NCBI GenBank assembly: GCA_046153945.1
Contig: JBJXFF010000201.1
Coordinates: 4,360-68,359, forward strand
DNA length: 64,000 bases
Direction: 5' to 3'
Source of the DNA: Pirellulaceae bacterium
GTDB lineage: Bacteria > Planctomycetota > Planctomycetia > Pirellulales > Pirellulaceae
The notes beneath the pieces are model-generated. The model searched no databases and was not told where the DNA came from. It saw nothing but the letters and a program-made list of their open reading frames with translations. Both the position numbers and the translations under genes were made by a program. Position 1 is the first letter of the stretch. Every line of letters starts with the position of its first letter. This document shows positions 38,573-48,400 of this stretch, one piece after another.

Positions 38573-40063
38573 CTATCCCATCGCGACCGTCACCGTCTTC
38601 GTCTCGGTGTAAGCCCGCAGCCCTTCCTCGCCGAGCTCCCGTCCCATGCCGCTCATTTTGAAGCCGCCGAAGGGAGCGGCGGCGTCGAAGACGTCGTAGC
38701 AGTTGATCCAGACGGTGCCGGCTTTGATTTTCTTGGCCAGGTAGTGGGCTTTGCCGACGTCCTTGGTCCAGACAGCGGCAGCGAGGCCGAAGGAGGTGTT
38801 ATTGGCGCGGGCCACGATGTCGTCGGTGTCCTTGAAGGTCAGGACCGACATCACCGGGCCAAAGATTTCTTCGCGGGCGATGGCCATGTCGTCCTTTACG
38901 CCGCTAAACAGCGTCGGCTGGACGAAAAAGCCCTTGTCGCCGTGCCGCGAACCGCCGGAGACCATGGTGGCCCCCTGCTCCTGGCCGATGCCGATGTACT
39001 TCATGACCTTGTCGTATTGGGCCTTGTCCACTTGCGGGCCTTGCTCGGTCGAGGGGTCGAGCTGATTGCCGAGCTTTCTGGTCTTATTCATCGCGGCAAC
39101 TTTCTCGATGAACTTGTCGTGAACCTTCTCTTCCACATAAACACGGCTGCCGGCGCAGCAGCATTGGCCTTGATTGAAGTAGAGCCCAAAGTGAGCGCCC
39201 GCGGCAGCAGCGTCGAGGTCGCTGTCGGCATAGATGATGTTCGGGCTCTTGCCGCCCAGTTCGAAGGTGATTCGCTTGAGCGTCGGGGCCGCCTCCCGCA
39301 TGATGATCTGGGCGGTCAACCCTTCACCGGTGAAGGCAATCTTATCGATGCCAGGATGCTTGACGACGGCCGCGCCCGCGGTCGGGCCGTAGCCGGGGAC
39401 GATGTTAATGACGCCATCGGGAATGCCCGCCTTCTGAGCCAGCCGAGCCATCCGCAGGCAAGTCAGCGGCGTTTGCTCCGCCGGCTTCATGACGATCGTG
39501 TAGCCGGCGGCCAGGGCGGGTCCCCACTTCCAGGCGACCATTAGCATTGGGAAGTTCCAGGGGATGATTTGCCCGACGACCCCGACCGGCTCCTTGCGGG
39601 TGTAGCAGAAGTAGTTTCCGCGAACCGGAATCGTCTGGCCGTGGATCTTGTCCGCATAGCCGGCGTAGTAGCGAAGGGCGTCGATGGTGAGGGGCAAGTC
39701 GGCGGCCTTCGCGTCGCGGATTGGCTTGCCGTTGTCGAGCGATTCGAGCGCGGCGAGTTCGTCGGCCTCTTCCTCAATCAGGTCCGCCAGCTTGTTCATC
39801 AGCCGCCCTCGGTCGCGGGCATCCATCGTGCTCCAGGGACCGCTCTCAAACGCCTTGCGAGCCGCCTTCGCCGCCAAATCCACGTCTGCCGCGTCCCCTT
39901 CGGCCACGCTGGCGATGACTTCTTCCGTGGCCGGGTTCACTGTTTCAAAGGTCTTGCCGCTCTGGGAGGGGACCCATTGCCCTCCGATGAAGACCTGCGT
40001 CTGGCGAATCTCGGGTTGCTTGGGGGAAGCAGCAGCCGGGCGAGGAAGAGTGGCGGTGGCCAT
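38573..40063 (-). CDS. NAD(P)-dependent aldehyde dehydrogenase
   Basis: [10 protein letters not shown] (catalytic Glu) and [11 protein letters not shown] (catalytic Cys). Length 496 aa. Confidence 0.95.
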   Translation of the reverse strand: MATATLPRPAAASPKQPEIRQTQVFIGGQWVPSQSGKTFETVNPATEEVIASVAEGDAADVDLAAKAARKAFESGPWSTMDARDRGRLMNKLADLIEEEADELAALESLDNGKPIRDAKAADLPLTIDALRYYAGYADKIHGQTIPVRGNYFCYTRKEPVGVVGQIIPWNFPMLMVAWKWGPALAAGYTIVMKPAEQTPLTCLRMARLAQKAGIPDGVINIVPGYGPTAGAAVVKHPGIDKIAFTGEGLTAQIIMREAAPTLKRITFELGGKSPNIIYADSDLDAAAAGAHFGLYFNQGQCCCAGSRVYVEEKVHDKFIEKVAAMNKTRKLGNQLDPSTEQGPQVDKAQYDKVMKYIGIGQEQGATMVSGGSRHGDKGFFVQPTLFSGVKDDMAIAREEIFGPVMSVLTFKDTDDIVARANNTSFGLAAAVWTKDVGKAHYLAKKIKAGTVWINCYDVFDAAAPFGGFKMSGMGRELGEEGLRAYTETKTVTVAMG

Positions 40064-40384
40064 GAAAGATCTCCGTAGGGGGCCAAGAGAGGTGTGTAGC
40101 GACTGTATGAATTGTACCGGCCGGCGGAAGAGGGGGGCAAGTTCCTCTGTGTCACATTACGGTCCATCCAAGGAGAGTTGGCTATCCCCAGTCAGTGGCA
40201 TGCCGACGTCACAATCCATACATCCGTCCTCCCTAAGGACAACCGAATGTCAAAAGCAAGCAAAGGCGAATCTTGCACCCCCCCGAGCGATGGTTTCAAG
40301 ACAAACCAAGACCGATATCAACATTGACGGAAGTTGATGCGAGACTCACCTTCGCAAGCCAAGTCCGTCTTGAATTCGACCCAC

Positions 40385-40459
40385 AAGCGGTTCTCTTTAG
40401 GCACCAAAGGACTACCTGCCCCCAGTCCTGTCTTAGAGAGAACCGCTTTATTATTTCTT
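40385..40459 (+). other. 64-nt extended hairpin plus T-tract (orphan plus-strand terminator-like element or structured RNA)
   Basis: AAGCGGTTCTCT (40385-96) is perfectly complementary to AGAGAACCGCTT (40437-48). An inner stem pairs AGGACT with AGTCCT. TTTATTATTTCTT follows. Confidence 0.45.
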
Positions 40460-40484
40460 GGCCGGCAAGCCCAAGGTTGGGTGG

Positions 40485-40510
40485 CACGCCCACGGCTTTG
40501 CGTGGGCGTG
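40485..40510 (-). terminator. GC-rich hairpin directly after the acyl-CoA ligase gene
   Basis: CACGCCCACG-GCTTTG-CGTGGGCGTG, a 10-bp stem 7 nt past the stop codon. No U-tract. Confidence 0.45.
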
Positions 40511-40516
40511 AAACAG

Positions 40517-42226
40517 CTATTTCCGGTACATCATCTCGATTTCCACGGCGAAATTCGCTTCGATCACTTTGCGGCGGAGACTGAGCTTGGCAGTCATCTC
40601 GCCTGCTTCGATGGTAAAACCTCGCGGAAGCAATGTGATCTTGCGAACCTGTTCAAAGGAAGAAACGCCGCTCAGCCGCTGATTGACGTGCTCCTGGACG
40701 AAAGCCAGAACCTGCGCGTGGGAATGGAAGCTTTCGTCTTGCACAACCGCGATTCCGTGGGAAGCAACCTCTGTTCTCAAGGCGTCAAGATTTGGCACCA
40801 GCAGGGCAGTGAGATAGTTGCGGTCGTCGCCGATGACCAGGGCTTGCACGATGAGCGGATCCTGGGTGAGGAGCGATTCCAGAAAGACCGGGGCGACGTT
40901 CTTGCCCCCGGAAGTGACGATGATCTCCTTTTTCCGGCCAGTGATATAAAGATAGCCGTCGTCGTCGATTCGGCCGTAGTCGCCAGTGTAGAGCCAGCCA
41001 TCCTTAATAATCTCTGCGGTAGCTTTCTCATTCTTATAGTAGCCGGGCATCACATGCGGCCCGCGCGTGAGGATTTCGCCATCTTCGGCGATCTTCACTT
41101 CCACACCCGGAATCGGCTTCCCCGCTGAGCCACGACGAACGGTTTTCTGCGTGGAAATGGAGATGACGGGGGAGGACTCGGAGAGGCCGTAGCCCTGCAG
41201 CAATGGAACCCCTTGCGAGTAGTAATAGTCGAACAGATGCTCCGGCAATGCTGCTCCGCCGCTGCAACACTGCTCGATTCGCCCGCCGAGAAGTTGCCGG
41301 AGAATGCCGGGAGAATTGAGCAATCCTTTCTCTTCCAAACCTCGCCGCACGCGGTCATAGAAGTACGGCACACCGTTCATGAACATCGGCTTCACCGCGG
41401 CGGCATCGGCAATCACCGTTTCCCGCGATTCCGCAATGGCAAGCTGCGAACCTTCCACCAGCCAGATATAGAGGTCGCAGGTCCGGGCAAAAATATGCGA
41501 CAGCGGCAAGAAATTCAGCCGCACTTTGTCGCTGTAGTCTGTTCTGGGAGGCTCTTCGTCGGCGCGGAACATTTCCACGGTGCTGACCGTGTTGCTGATG
41601 AGGTTCGCCTGCGTCAGCATGACTCCTTTGGGCTCGCCCGTAGTGCCGGAGGTGTAGAGAATGGTGGCGACGCTGGAAGGATCGAGGCCAGGATCGGCAA
41701 CGGCCGGCAGCGAATTTCCCAGTGCATTGAGCCGCGAAAGGAAATTCTGAATGCCCTCCAGCAGCGACGGAAACACCCCTGGTGGCAGCGGCTGGGAAGG
41801 GTCCGTGTCGAATTCGACGAACATCAGGTCTTTGTTCGCCTGTTTCAGCGCCGTCAGCTTCGCGGATTGAGCAGGACCGGAAAGTAGAACCACTTTCGCC
41901 CCGCTATCCACGATCTGCCAGCTAATCTGCTCTCCGGTCAGTGGCGCGTGAATGGGAACACTAATCGCTCCCAGCGACTGGATGGCCAAATCCGCCAGCA
42001 CCCACTCCAGTCGATTCTCGGAGAGTAGGGCCACTCGATCGCCAAGCTGTACGCCAAATTGCGACAGCATCACGGCGAGGCAGCTCACCCGCTGATCTAC
42101 TTCTCGCCAGGTTAGAGTCACGAATTTGCCGTCACGTTTGAACCAGAGCGCGGTACGATCGGCGTCGCATTGCACTCGGGCGGCGAAGAGTTGTGGAATC
42201 GTTTTGCAGCCGGTAAGAATTGCCAT
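40517..42226 (-). CDS. fadD: long-chain fatty acid--CoA ligase (AMP-forming)
   Basis: YTSGTTGEPKGV AMP-binding motif, GWLYTGDYGRIDDDGYLYITGRKKEII and GGKNVAP. Confidence 0.9.
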   Translation of the reverse strand: MAILTGCKTIPQLFAARVQCDADRTALWFKRDGKFVTLTWREVDQRVSCLAVMLSQFGVQLGDRVALLSENRLEWVLADLAIQSLGAISVPIHAPLTGEQISWQIVDSGAKVVLLSGPAQSAKLTALKQANKDLMFVEFDTDPSQPLPPGVFPSLLEGIQNFLSRLNALGNSLPAVADPGLDPSSVATILYTSGTTGEPKGVMLTQANLISNTVSTVEMFRADEEPPRTDYSDKVRLNFLPLSHIFARTCDLYIWLVEGSQLAIAESRETVIADAAAVKPMFMNGVPYFYDRVRRGLEEKGLLNSPGILRQLLGGRIEQCCSGGAALPEHLFDYYYSQGVPLLQGYGLSESSPVISISTQKTVRRGSAGKPIPGVEVKIAEDGEILTRGPHVMPGYYKNEKATAEIIKDGWLYTGDYGRIDDDGYLYITGRKKEIIVTSGGKNVAPVFLESLLTQDPLIVQALVIGDDRNYLTALLVPNLDALRTEVASHGIAVVQDESFHSHAQVLAFVQEHVNQRLSGVSSFEQVRKITLLPRGFTIEAGEMTAKLSLRRKVIEANFAVEIEMMYRK

Positions 42227-42400
42227 GGCCTACCCAGTTGTGTTTTCTTTGGAGATGGGCATTATTCCACGGGTAGTGGGCCCGGGAATAGTAGGGCGTG
42301 GTTCCGGCGGATGTGCCCGTTGTGCCGGCGTTTGCCCACGCCGATGACTAAGCCTAGAATCCAGTAGACACCGGTCGACCTGAATTTCTCCGCACTATTG

Positions 42401-42432
42401 TACTTAGTACTAAGTACTCAGTACTGAGTACC
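42401..42432. promoter_or_regulatory. operator-like tandem palindromes, (AGTACTN)4
   Basis: TACTTAGTACTAAGTA and TACTCAGTACTGAGTA are overlapping perfect 16-bp palindromes. AGTACT recurs at 42406, 42413 and 42420, and AGTACC at 42427. The element lies in the divergent fadD/acyl-CoA dehydrogenase promoter region. A TTGACT hexamer follows at 42436. Confidence 0.6.
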
Positions 42433-42488
42433 GAGTTGACTCGCTTCTTCAATTTGCAATCTGACTTCTCCAATCCGCAATTCCCCCC

Positions 42489-44408
42489 ATGTCCACCACC
42501 TCCCCTCCGCCCCGCGCCGGCGATCCCTCCTCCGACCCCTCTTTCGCCGAAACCGCCATGCGCCTCGGCGGCAAGAGCGACGAGGAAGCCACGCGAACCG
42601 GGGCCATCGACAAGGCCGATGACGAAGTTGAGCGGCTGTTTGAGAAGCGGCGGCAGACGACGGCGAGCCCAGTGCATCGGGCGGTTTGGGACCGGGGCTT
42701 TCCCGTGGAGCTGTTTGATTCGGCGAATAAGAAGACGCCAGCCGACGTGCAGCAGGTGATGGATGCTTCGATTGCCGTCGTCGAGCGACATCGCAAGGCT
42801 GCAACGCTGCTGGATGAAAACGGCAAGACGCGTGAGTCTGTTTTGAAAGAGCTCGCCGCGGCGGGATATTGGAGCCTGCTCGTCGACCGCGAGTATGGCG
42901 GCAAGGGAGTTCCCTTCCGTTGCTTCGCGCCGTTCCTCACGCGAATGGCCCTCATCGACCCCACCATCGCCGGCCTGGCCAGCGTTCACGGCTGCATCGG
43001 CGCGGTGGATCCTGTCCGGACGTTCGGCAATGAAGAGCAGAAACGCCGCTACCTCCCCAAGCTGGCCAGTGGCGAGCGGCTGTCGGCCTTCGCGTTGACA
43101 GAGCCAGGGGCGGGAAGCGATTTGACCGCGCTCAAAACGAAAGCCGTCCTTCGCGGCGACACTTACTATGTCACCGGCGAAAAGCTGTTCATCACCAACG
43201 TCGTCCCCGGCCGCACGATTGGCCTGGTCTGCCTCATCGACGACAAGCCGGCGGTCCTGATCGCCGATTTGCCCGACCAGGAGAACGAACAGTTCGAGCT
43301 GGTGAAATACGGCCTGTACGCCCTCAAGCACACGCACAACCGGGGCATAAAGTTCAAGGACTTTCCTGTTCCCGCCGCGAATCTACTCAAAGTAGAAAAG
43401 GGGAACGGCCTGACCATCGCCTACCACGGCCTCAATCTCGGCCGCATCGCCCTCTGTGCCAACGCCGCCGGCACGATGCGGCTGATGATGGGGAGCATGA
43501 TTCCCTGGGGCAAGTTCCGCAAAACGTACGGCGAGGCGATTGAGAAGCGGGAACTGGTCCGCCGCCGCCTGGCCCGGCTGGCCGGCCTGATCGTCGGGTG
43601 CGACGCCCTGGTTGCCTGGTGCAGCACGCTCATCGACGAAGGCTACCGCGGCGAGATGGAGTGCGTCGTCGCCAAAATTTTCGGCAGCGAATCGCAAAAA
43701 GAAGCCGCCGTCGAGCTCTGCATGAAAACGCACGGCGGCCGCTCGTTCCTGCACGGCCACATCTTCGGCGACCACGTCCACGAGTACCTCGCCCCCTGCA
43801 TCTACGAAGGGGAAGGGGAGATGCTCGGCATGGCCTTTTTCAAATCGCTCGTCAAGCAGCACGGCGTGCAATACTTCGAGCCGGTCGGCAAAGCACTGCA
43901 AGCCGCCGGCATCAAGCATCCGAGCTTCGTGAACCCGGCCCACCTCTGGGCCCTCCGCAAAGCCGCCCCGCCGTATGCCATGTGGCTCATGCGGGAGAAG
44001 TTCACCTTCAAGCCGAGCGTGCAACTCCCTTCCATGCCGCCGCGCCTCCACGACCACGCCCAGTTCGCCAGCCGCGGCCTGCAGCGCCTGCCGCGGGAAA
44101 TCAGCGGCATGATGATGAAGCATCAACTCAAGCTCGCCGACCGCCAATGCCGCATGAGCGAGCTTTCATTGCGGGCCCAAAAACTCGTCGTCATGCTTTG
44201 CACTGCCCTCTACGCCGCCAAGCAAGACAACGAAGTGATCCGCTCAGCCGCCGATCTTCTCTGCCAGGATCTCACCCGCGAACTTACGGGTAGTCGTCCG
44301 AGTGATGGTTATTTCAAAGCGGCCAGCAAACTGGGGGAAACGATTGCGGATGGGGGTTTTCCGGGGATGGAGGGGGTGGAGGTGCCGGAGATTTTGATGA
44401 GGTATTAG
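42489..44408 (+). CDS. acyl-CoA dehydrogenase (long form with C-terminal extension)
   Basis: [21 protein letters not shown] and [10 protein letters not shown] motifs. 639 aa. Confidence 0.9.
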   Translation: MSTTSPPPRAGDPSSDPSFAETAMRLGGKSDEEATRTGAIDKADDEVERLFEKRRQTTASPVHRAVWDRGFPVELFDSANKKTPADVQQVMDASIAVVERHRKAATLLDENGKTRESVLKELAAAGYWSLLVDREYGGKGVPFRCFAPFLTRMALIDPTIAGLASVHGCIGAVDPVRTFGNEEQKRRYLPKLASGERLSAFALTEPGAGSDLTALKTKAVLRGDTYYVTGEKLFITNVVPGRTIGLVCLIDDKPAVLIADLPDQENEQFELVKYGLYALKHTHNRGIKFKDFPVPAANLLKVEKGNGLTIAYHGLNLGRIALCANAAGTMRLMMGSMIPWGKFRKTYGEAIEKRELVRRRLARLAGLIVGCDALVAWCSTLIDEGYRGEMECVVAKIFGSESQKEAAVELCMKTHGGRSFLHGHIFGDHVHEYLAPCIYEGEGEMLGMAFFKSLVKQHGVQYFEPVGKALQAAGIKHPSFVNPAHLWALRKAAPPYAMWLMREKFTFKPSVQLPSMPPRLHDHAQFASRGLQRLPREISGMMMKHQLKLADRQCRMSELSLRAQKLVVMLCTALYAAKQDNEVIRSAADLLCQDLTRELTGSRPSDGYFKAASKLGETIADGGFPGMEGVEVPEILMRY

Positions 44409-44440
44409 CCTTATTTCAGTTCAGAATTCCGCCCGCGAAC

Positions 44441-44752
44441 CTACCAGGAAAATCCAGATTCCATCCAACGGATTACCGTAGAATATAGAATCAGCGCTTC
44501 GAGCAACGCCGCTGCTCCCCACAACAAGAATCCCCACCGGCGACAATAGATCAGGGTCGCTGCGCCAATTGGCACAGGAAAGAGAGAGGCGAAAACAATT
44601 GCCCGCCAATTATCCGCTATCACTACAATGAAGAAGGCACCCAATACGATCGCGAGAAAGATCACTCCCGGAAAGTACTTCGAACTACGGCCAGCGGTAT
44701 CCGTCTCCTCGGAGCCCACCTGCCTCGGTGATTCATAGGGGTTTGATTCCAC
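44441..44752 (-). CDS. hypothetical small membrane protein
   Basis: GTG start. N-terminal MESNPYESP, then 3 TM helices. Confidence 0.45.
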   Translation of the reverse strand: MESNPYESPRQVGSEETDTAGRSSKYFPGVIFLAIVLGAFFIVVIADNWRAIVFASLFPVPIGAATLIYCRRWGFLLWGAAALLEALILYSTVIRWMESGFSW

Positions 44753-44774
44753 ATTGCTATTCTAGCGGTCTTCG

Positions 44775-44995
44775 AACCCCAACGGGGTTGCCGAGCGCAG
44801 CCCAGGGTCGCACGCTTCGTGCGCACCCTGGGTAGAATCAATGATCGCAAGCCGAACCCCGAAGGGGTTACCGAATCGGCGGCGTTGGGATTGGTAACCC
44901 CTTTGGGGTTCAGGATCAAACTGGTTGCCATGTTCCCAGGTTGCGCTCGCAAAGCCTCGCGAACCTGGGCTGTACTGGGCAACCCCGTTGGGGTT
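44775..44995. repeat. ~220-bp composite imperfect palindrome built from six REP-like hairpins
   Basis: Four AACCCC-NNN-GGGGTT hairpins (44775, 44855, 44896, 44981). Two CCCAGG(G/T)T...ACC(C/T)TGGG hairpins (44801-32, 44935-69). The outer modules are inverted copies. Symmetry centre is near 44885. Confidence 0.8.
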
Positions 44996-45316
44996 CAAAA
45001 CGGCCTCCATACCATTGTCATCCAGGATTTCATCCGAATGTCCATCACTCACCGTTATCTTATTGGACGCGCTCGCAAAGGGTATCGCCGCATCGCGACT
45101 CCACCATGACACTTCCACTTTTATTGAACTGGACACTTAGTATTTACATGGCCTTTTGTATAATATCGGAAAGGGGCGGAACTCCGTAGGTCTGCTAGGG
45201 AGGGTGTGATCCTTGACAATCGGGTCGAAGTTTATGCGTCAAGGAACCGTTGCACAATTCGTGCGCCGGGAACGCCTGCAGGTGGGACTCCAGCGGCAGC
45301 TTATTGAAACTGAAAT

Positions 45317-45426
45317 GGCCCCACCTAAAAGTGGGCCGTGTTGAAAAACCGGGGAGGTTTATCAACAGATGTTACGGGGACGTGCCGGGGGGGTGTGTTG
45401 CTAAACCCAGGGGGGATTTTCAACAC
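45317..45426 (-). terminator. three tandem hairpins downstream of the giant sensor gene
   Basis: GGCCCCAC/GTGGGCC (45317-37). Two homologous ~31-nt hairpins: GTGTTGAAAAACC..GGTTTATCAACA (45338-68) and GTGTTG..CAACAC (45395-426). On the minus strand the last hairpin is followed by ATTTCAGTTTC. Confidence 0.4.
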
Positions 45427-45489
45427 AAAGGCAAAGGGTGGAGATTCTTGTTGAGACTGACGGGGAGATGTGTCGGCAGCGTAATTGCT

Positions 45490-48400
45490 TCAACGAATAC
45501 CAACTATGCCCGCAGAAAACTGTTGGAGTCGATCGATTTCGCGCTGGAGGATTGAGTAGGCTTCGTCGGCGCCAGAAAGGTCGCCGGCTTTGCCCATGGC
45601 TTCCAGTCGTGATGCCGCCGCTACGGTCGAAGGAGCGGCAAAATAAGCTGCCGCGCCCTTGATCGTATGTGCCATTCGCCGCACCTCGAACATGTTTTGC
45701 TGCTGAAGGGCACTGCGCAGTGACAGCAGGTGCGCTCCAGATTCTTGGAAGAAGATTGCCAACAACTCTCGCAGCATCTCTTCGCTTCCTCCGACCAGAT
45801 TCACGGCAGCCTTCCAGTCCATGGCCGGTTGGCTTGGCGGGGTCTCGAAGGAATCTTGGGGAGAATGTTTCCGACCTTCGATGACTTCGAATAGCAAGGC
45901 TGGTTGGATTGGTTTGGTCAAATAGTCATCCATACCAGCATTCAGACACCGCTCGCGATCTCCTTTGAGCGCGTGAGCCGTCATCGCGACAATCGGAATA
46001 TGGCGGCCGGTCGATAATTCGTGCTGACGAATTGCCTGAGTCGCCTCAAAGCCGTCCATGTCCGGCATCTGGACGTCCATCAGCACGAGATCAAACGCAT
46101 CTCGCAGTGCCGCCTCCACGGCGTCACGTCCGTTGCTGACAACCACAACTTCGTGCCCGCGCTTTTCCAGAAACTCCCGGGCAACCCGTTGGTTGACGAG
46201 CCCGTCTTCGGCCAGCAAGATTCGCAGTGATCGACGGGATTCCGCAACCGGCGGCGACGCCGCCACGGCTGGATCGATCGACTGTTCCCTTGTGCTGAGG
46301 ACCCGGACGATCGCATTGCGCAAATCGGATTGCTTGACCGGTTTGATGAGGTATCGGGCAATTCCCAACTCCTGGCAGCGGGCCGAATTCTCCGTCATCC
46401 CGGCCGAAGAAAGCATGATCAACATGCAGTCTTGCAAATGTGGACGCTGACGAATCCGCTCCGCGAGCATAAAGCCGTCCATGTCCGGCATCATCACGTC
46501 TAAAAGCGCCAGGCGGAAAGGTTCTCCGCGAAGTGCCGCGTCGTCAAGCGCCGCGAGTGCTGCCGGCCCGCTCGCCGCCATGCTCGGCTGCATCCCCCAA
46601 TTCGTGAGCAAATCCTCGAGGATCCGCCGATTGGTCCGATTGTCATCCACCACCAGCACCGGCATGCCCGCCAGGCTCTCGGGGCTAATCCACGAATGCG
46701 TGGGCGAGCCCTGGGCGATTTCAAAGCGGACGGTAAAGTGGAATGCGCTCCCTTTGCCGGGCTCGCTCTCGACCCAGATGTTTCCCCCCATGAGCCGGAC
46801 TAGTTGTTTGGAAATCGTCAGACCCAGACCAGTGCCGCCGAAGCGGCGCGTCGTCGACGAGTCGGCCTGATTAAAGGCTTCAAAAATCTGCTGCTGCTTG
46901 TCTAGGGGAATGCCGATTCCGGTGTCGCTAACGACAAAGTGCAAATCGACGTGCGAATCTTCAAGCTCTTCGACCATGACGACGACGACGATTTCCCCCT
47001 GCTCGGTGAATTTAAGCGCGTTCCCCACCAGGTTGATGACGATTTGACGCAGTCGCCCCGGATCACCGATGAGAGTATCCGGCACATCGGGAGGCACGAG
47101 ATAAGTCAATTCCACACCCTTTTCTGCAGCCCGCAACCCAAAGGTTTGCATGGCATCTCCCAAGCTGTCGCGGAGCGGGAAATCAATGGTTTCCAGTTCC
47201 AGCTTGCCGGCCTCGACCTTGGAGAAGTCGAGAATGTCGTTAAGCAGCCGCAAGAGCGAATCAGCCGACTGCATGACTATGTTCAGATAGTCGCGCTGCT
47301 GATTGGTGAGAGTCGTCTGTAGGGCCAACTCCGCCATTCCCATAACACCATTCATGGGAGTACGGATCTCGTGGCTCATGTTGGCCAGGAAATCGCTCTT
47401 GGCCCGATTGGCATTCTCAGCCACTTCTTTCGCCAGACGCAGTTCGTCCTCGCTGCGGCGCAGCTCGGCTGCTGTCCGTTCCAATTCGGCGTTGGAAACC
47501 GCCAGTTCCCGCGCGCGGGCTTCGGCGGCGGCGGTCCGTTCGGCAACTCGCTGTTCGAGTGTTTCATTCAATCGCTGAAGTTCGGCGAATCCTTCGGCAT
47601 TTTCCAGGGCAGCGCCGGCAATTGTGGCAATGAACTCCGCCAGGCGCACGTCGTCGGCTTTGAATAGACCGCTGACATTGCGATGGTCGACGTAGAAGCA
47701 TCCCGCTGGTTTGCCGCGAACGAACACCGGCGCACAAAGAGCCGAGCGAACGCCGGCGAGCAAGGCTCCGTCTTCGTCGAATTGACCTTCCGAATAAACA
47801 ACGACTTTGCCCGTGGCTAGTGCGCGATCGGCCATGGCCCGACTGTATTCCGCCCGGTGGTCGCCGGCGACCATCGTTAGCTCTTCGGCGGCAGCGTCCC
47901 CCTGCAATTGAAGCAACAAGCAGCGTTCCCCTCGCAACAACCGGAGCGCCGCTTCTCGCACTTCTTTGAAGATGGTATCCCGCGACAATGCCGAGGCAAT
48001 GCGGCGACCCGCATCGAGGACCGTATCAAAACGGTCGACTAAAGAGAGCGTGGCTGTCTTCGCTTGCGCAGCCGGCTCCGGTTCGGCGGCCTCTCCGAGC
48101 GCAAAGTCCGCACCCAGCGCGCGCAGTGCCTGGCGGGCCTTCGTCAAGTCCTTCTGAGCCTCCGGCCAGCCCACCTCCTTGCCGACGCGACCCCGAGCGA
48201 GCAACGTCTGAGCATGCTCGAATCGGGCACCCTGACGTTCCGCCACTGCCAGGCTTTCGTCCAGGTATTGTCTCGCCTTTCGAGTTGAACCCTGCATTGC
48301 CGCGACGAGGCCGGCCTCCCGCAGCGCATGTGGCAAGTCGTTTTGAAACGTCCGAGCGACCTTCAGGGCTTTTCCCACCACCTTGCTGGCTTGTTTCAAC

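Noticed and set aside
40112-40327. 71-aa plus-strand ORF in the ALDH/fadD spacer
   Set aside because: GC3 is only moderate compared with real genes in the window. No RBS or recognisable motif. I treat the region as non-coding or possibly RNA-encoding.
44771-44790. TTCGAACCCC, a T-loop-like string suggesting a tRNA or tRNA fragment (possible integration site)
   Set aside because: No acceptor, D or anticodon arms can be built around it. The string is one arm of the recurring AACCCC/GGGGTT hairpin.
44762-45136. 124-aa minus-strand ORF (and overlapping plus-strand ORFs) in the repeat region
   Set aside because: The sequence is the read-through translation of the REP-like hairpins (NPNGV, NPFGV and PLGF peptides arise from AACCCCNNNGGGGTT). 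No start context or coding bias exists independent of the repeats.
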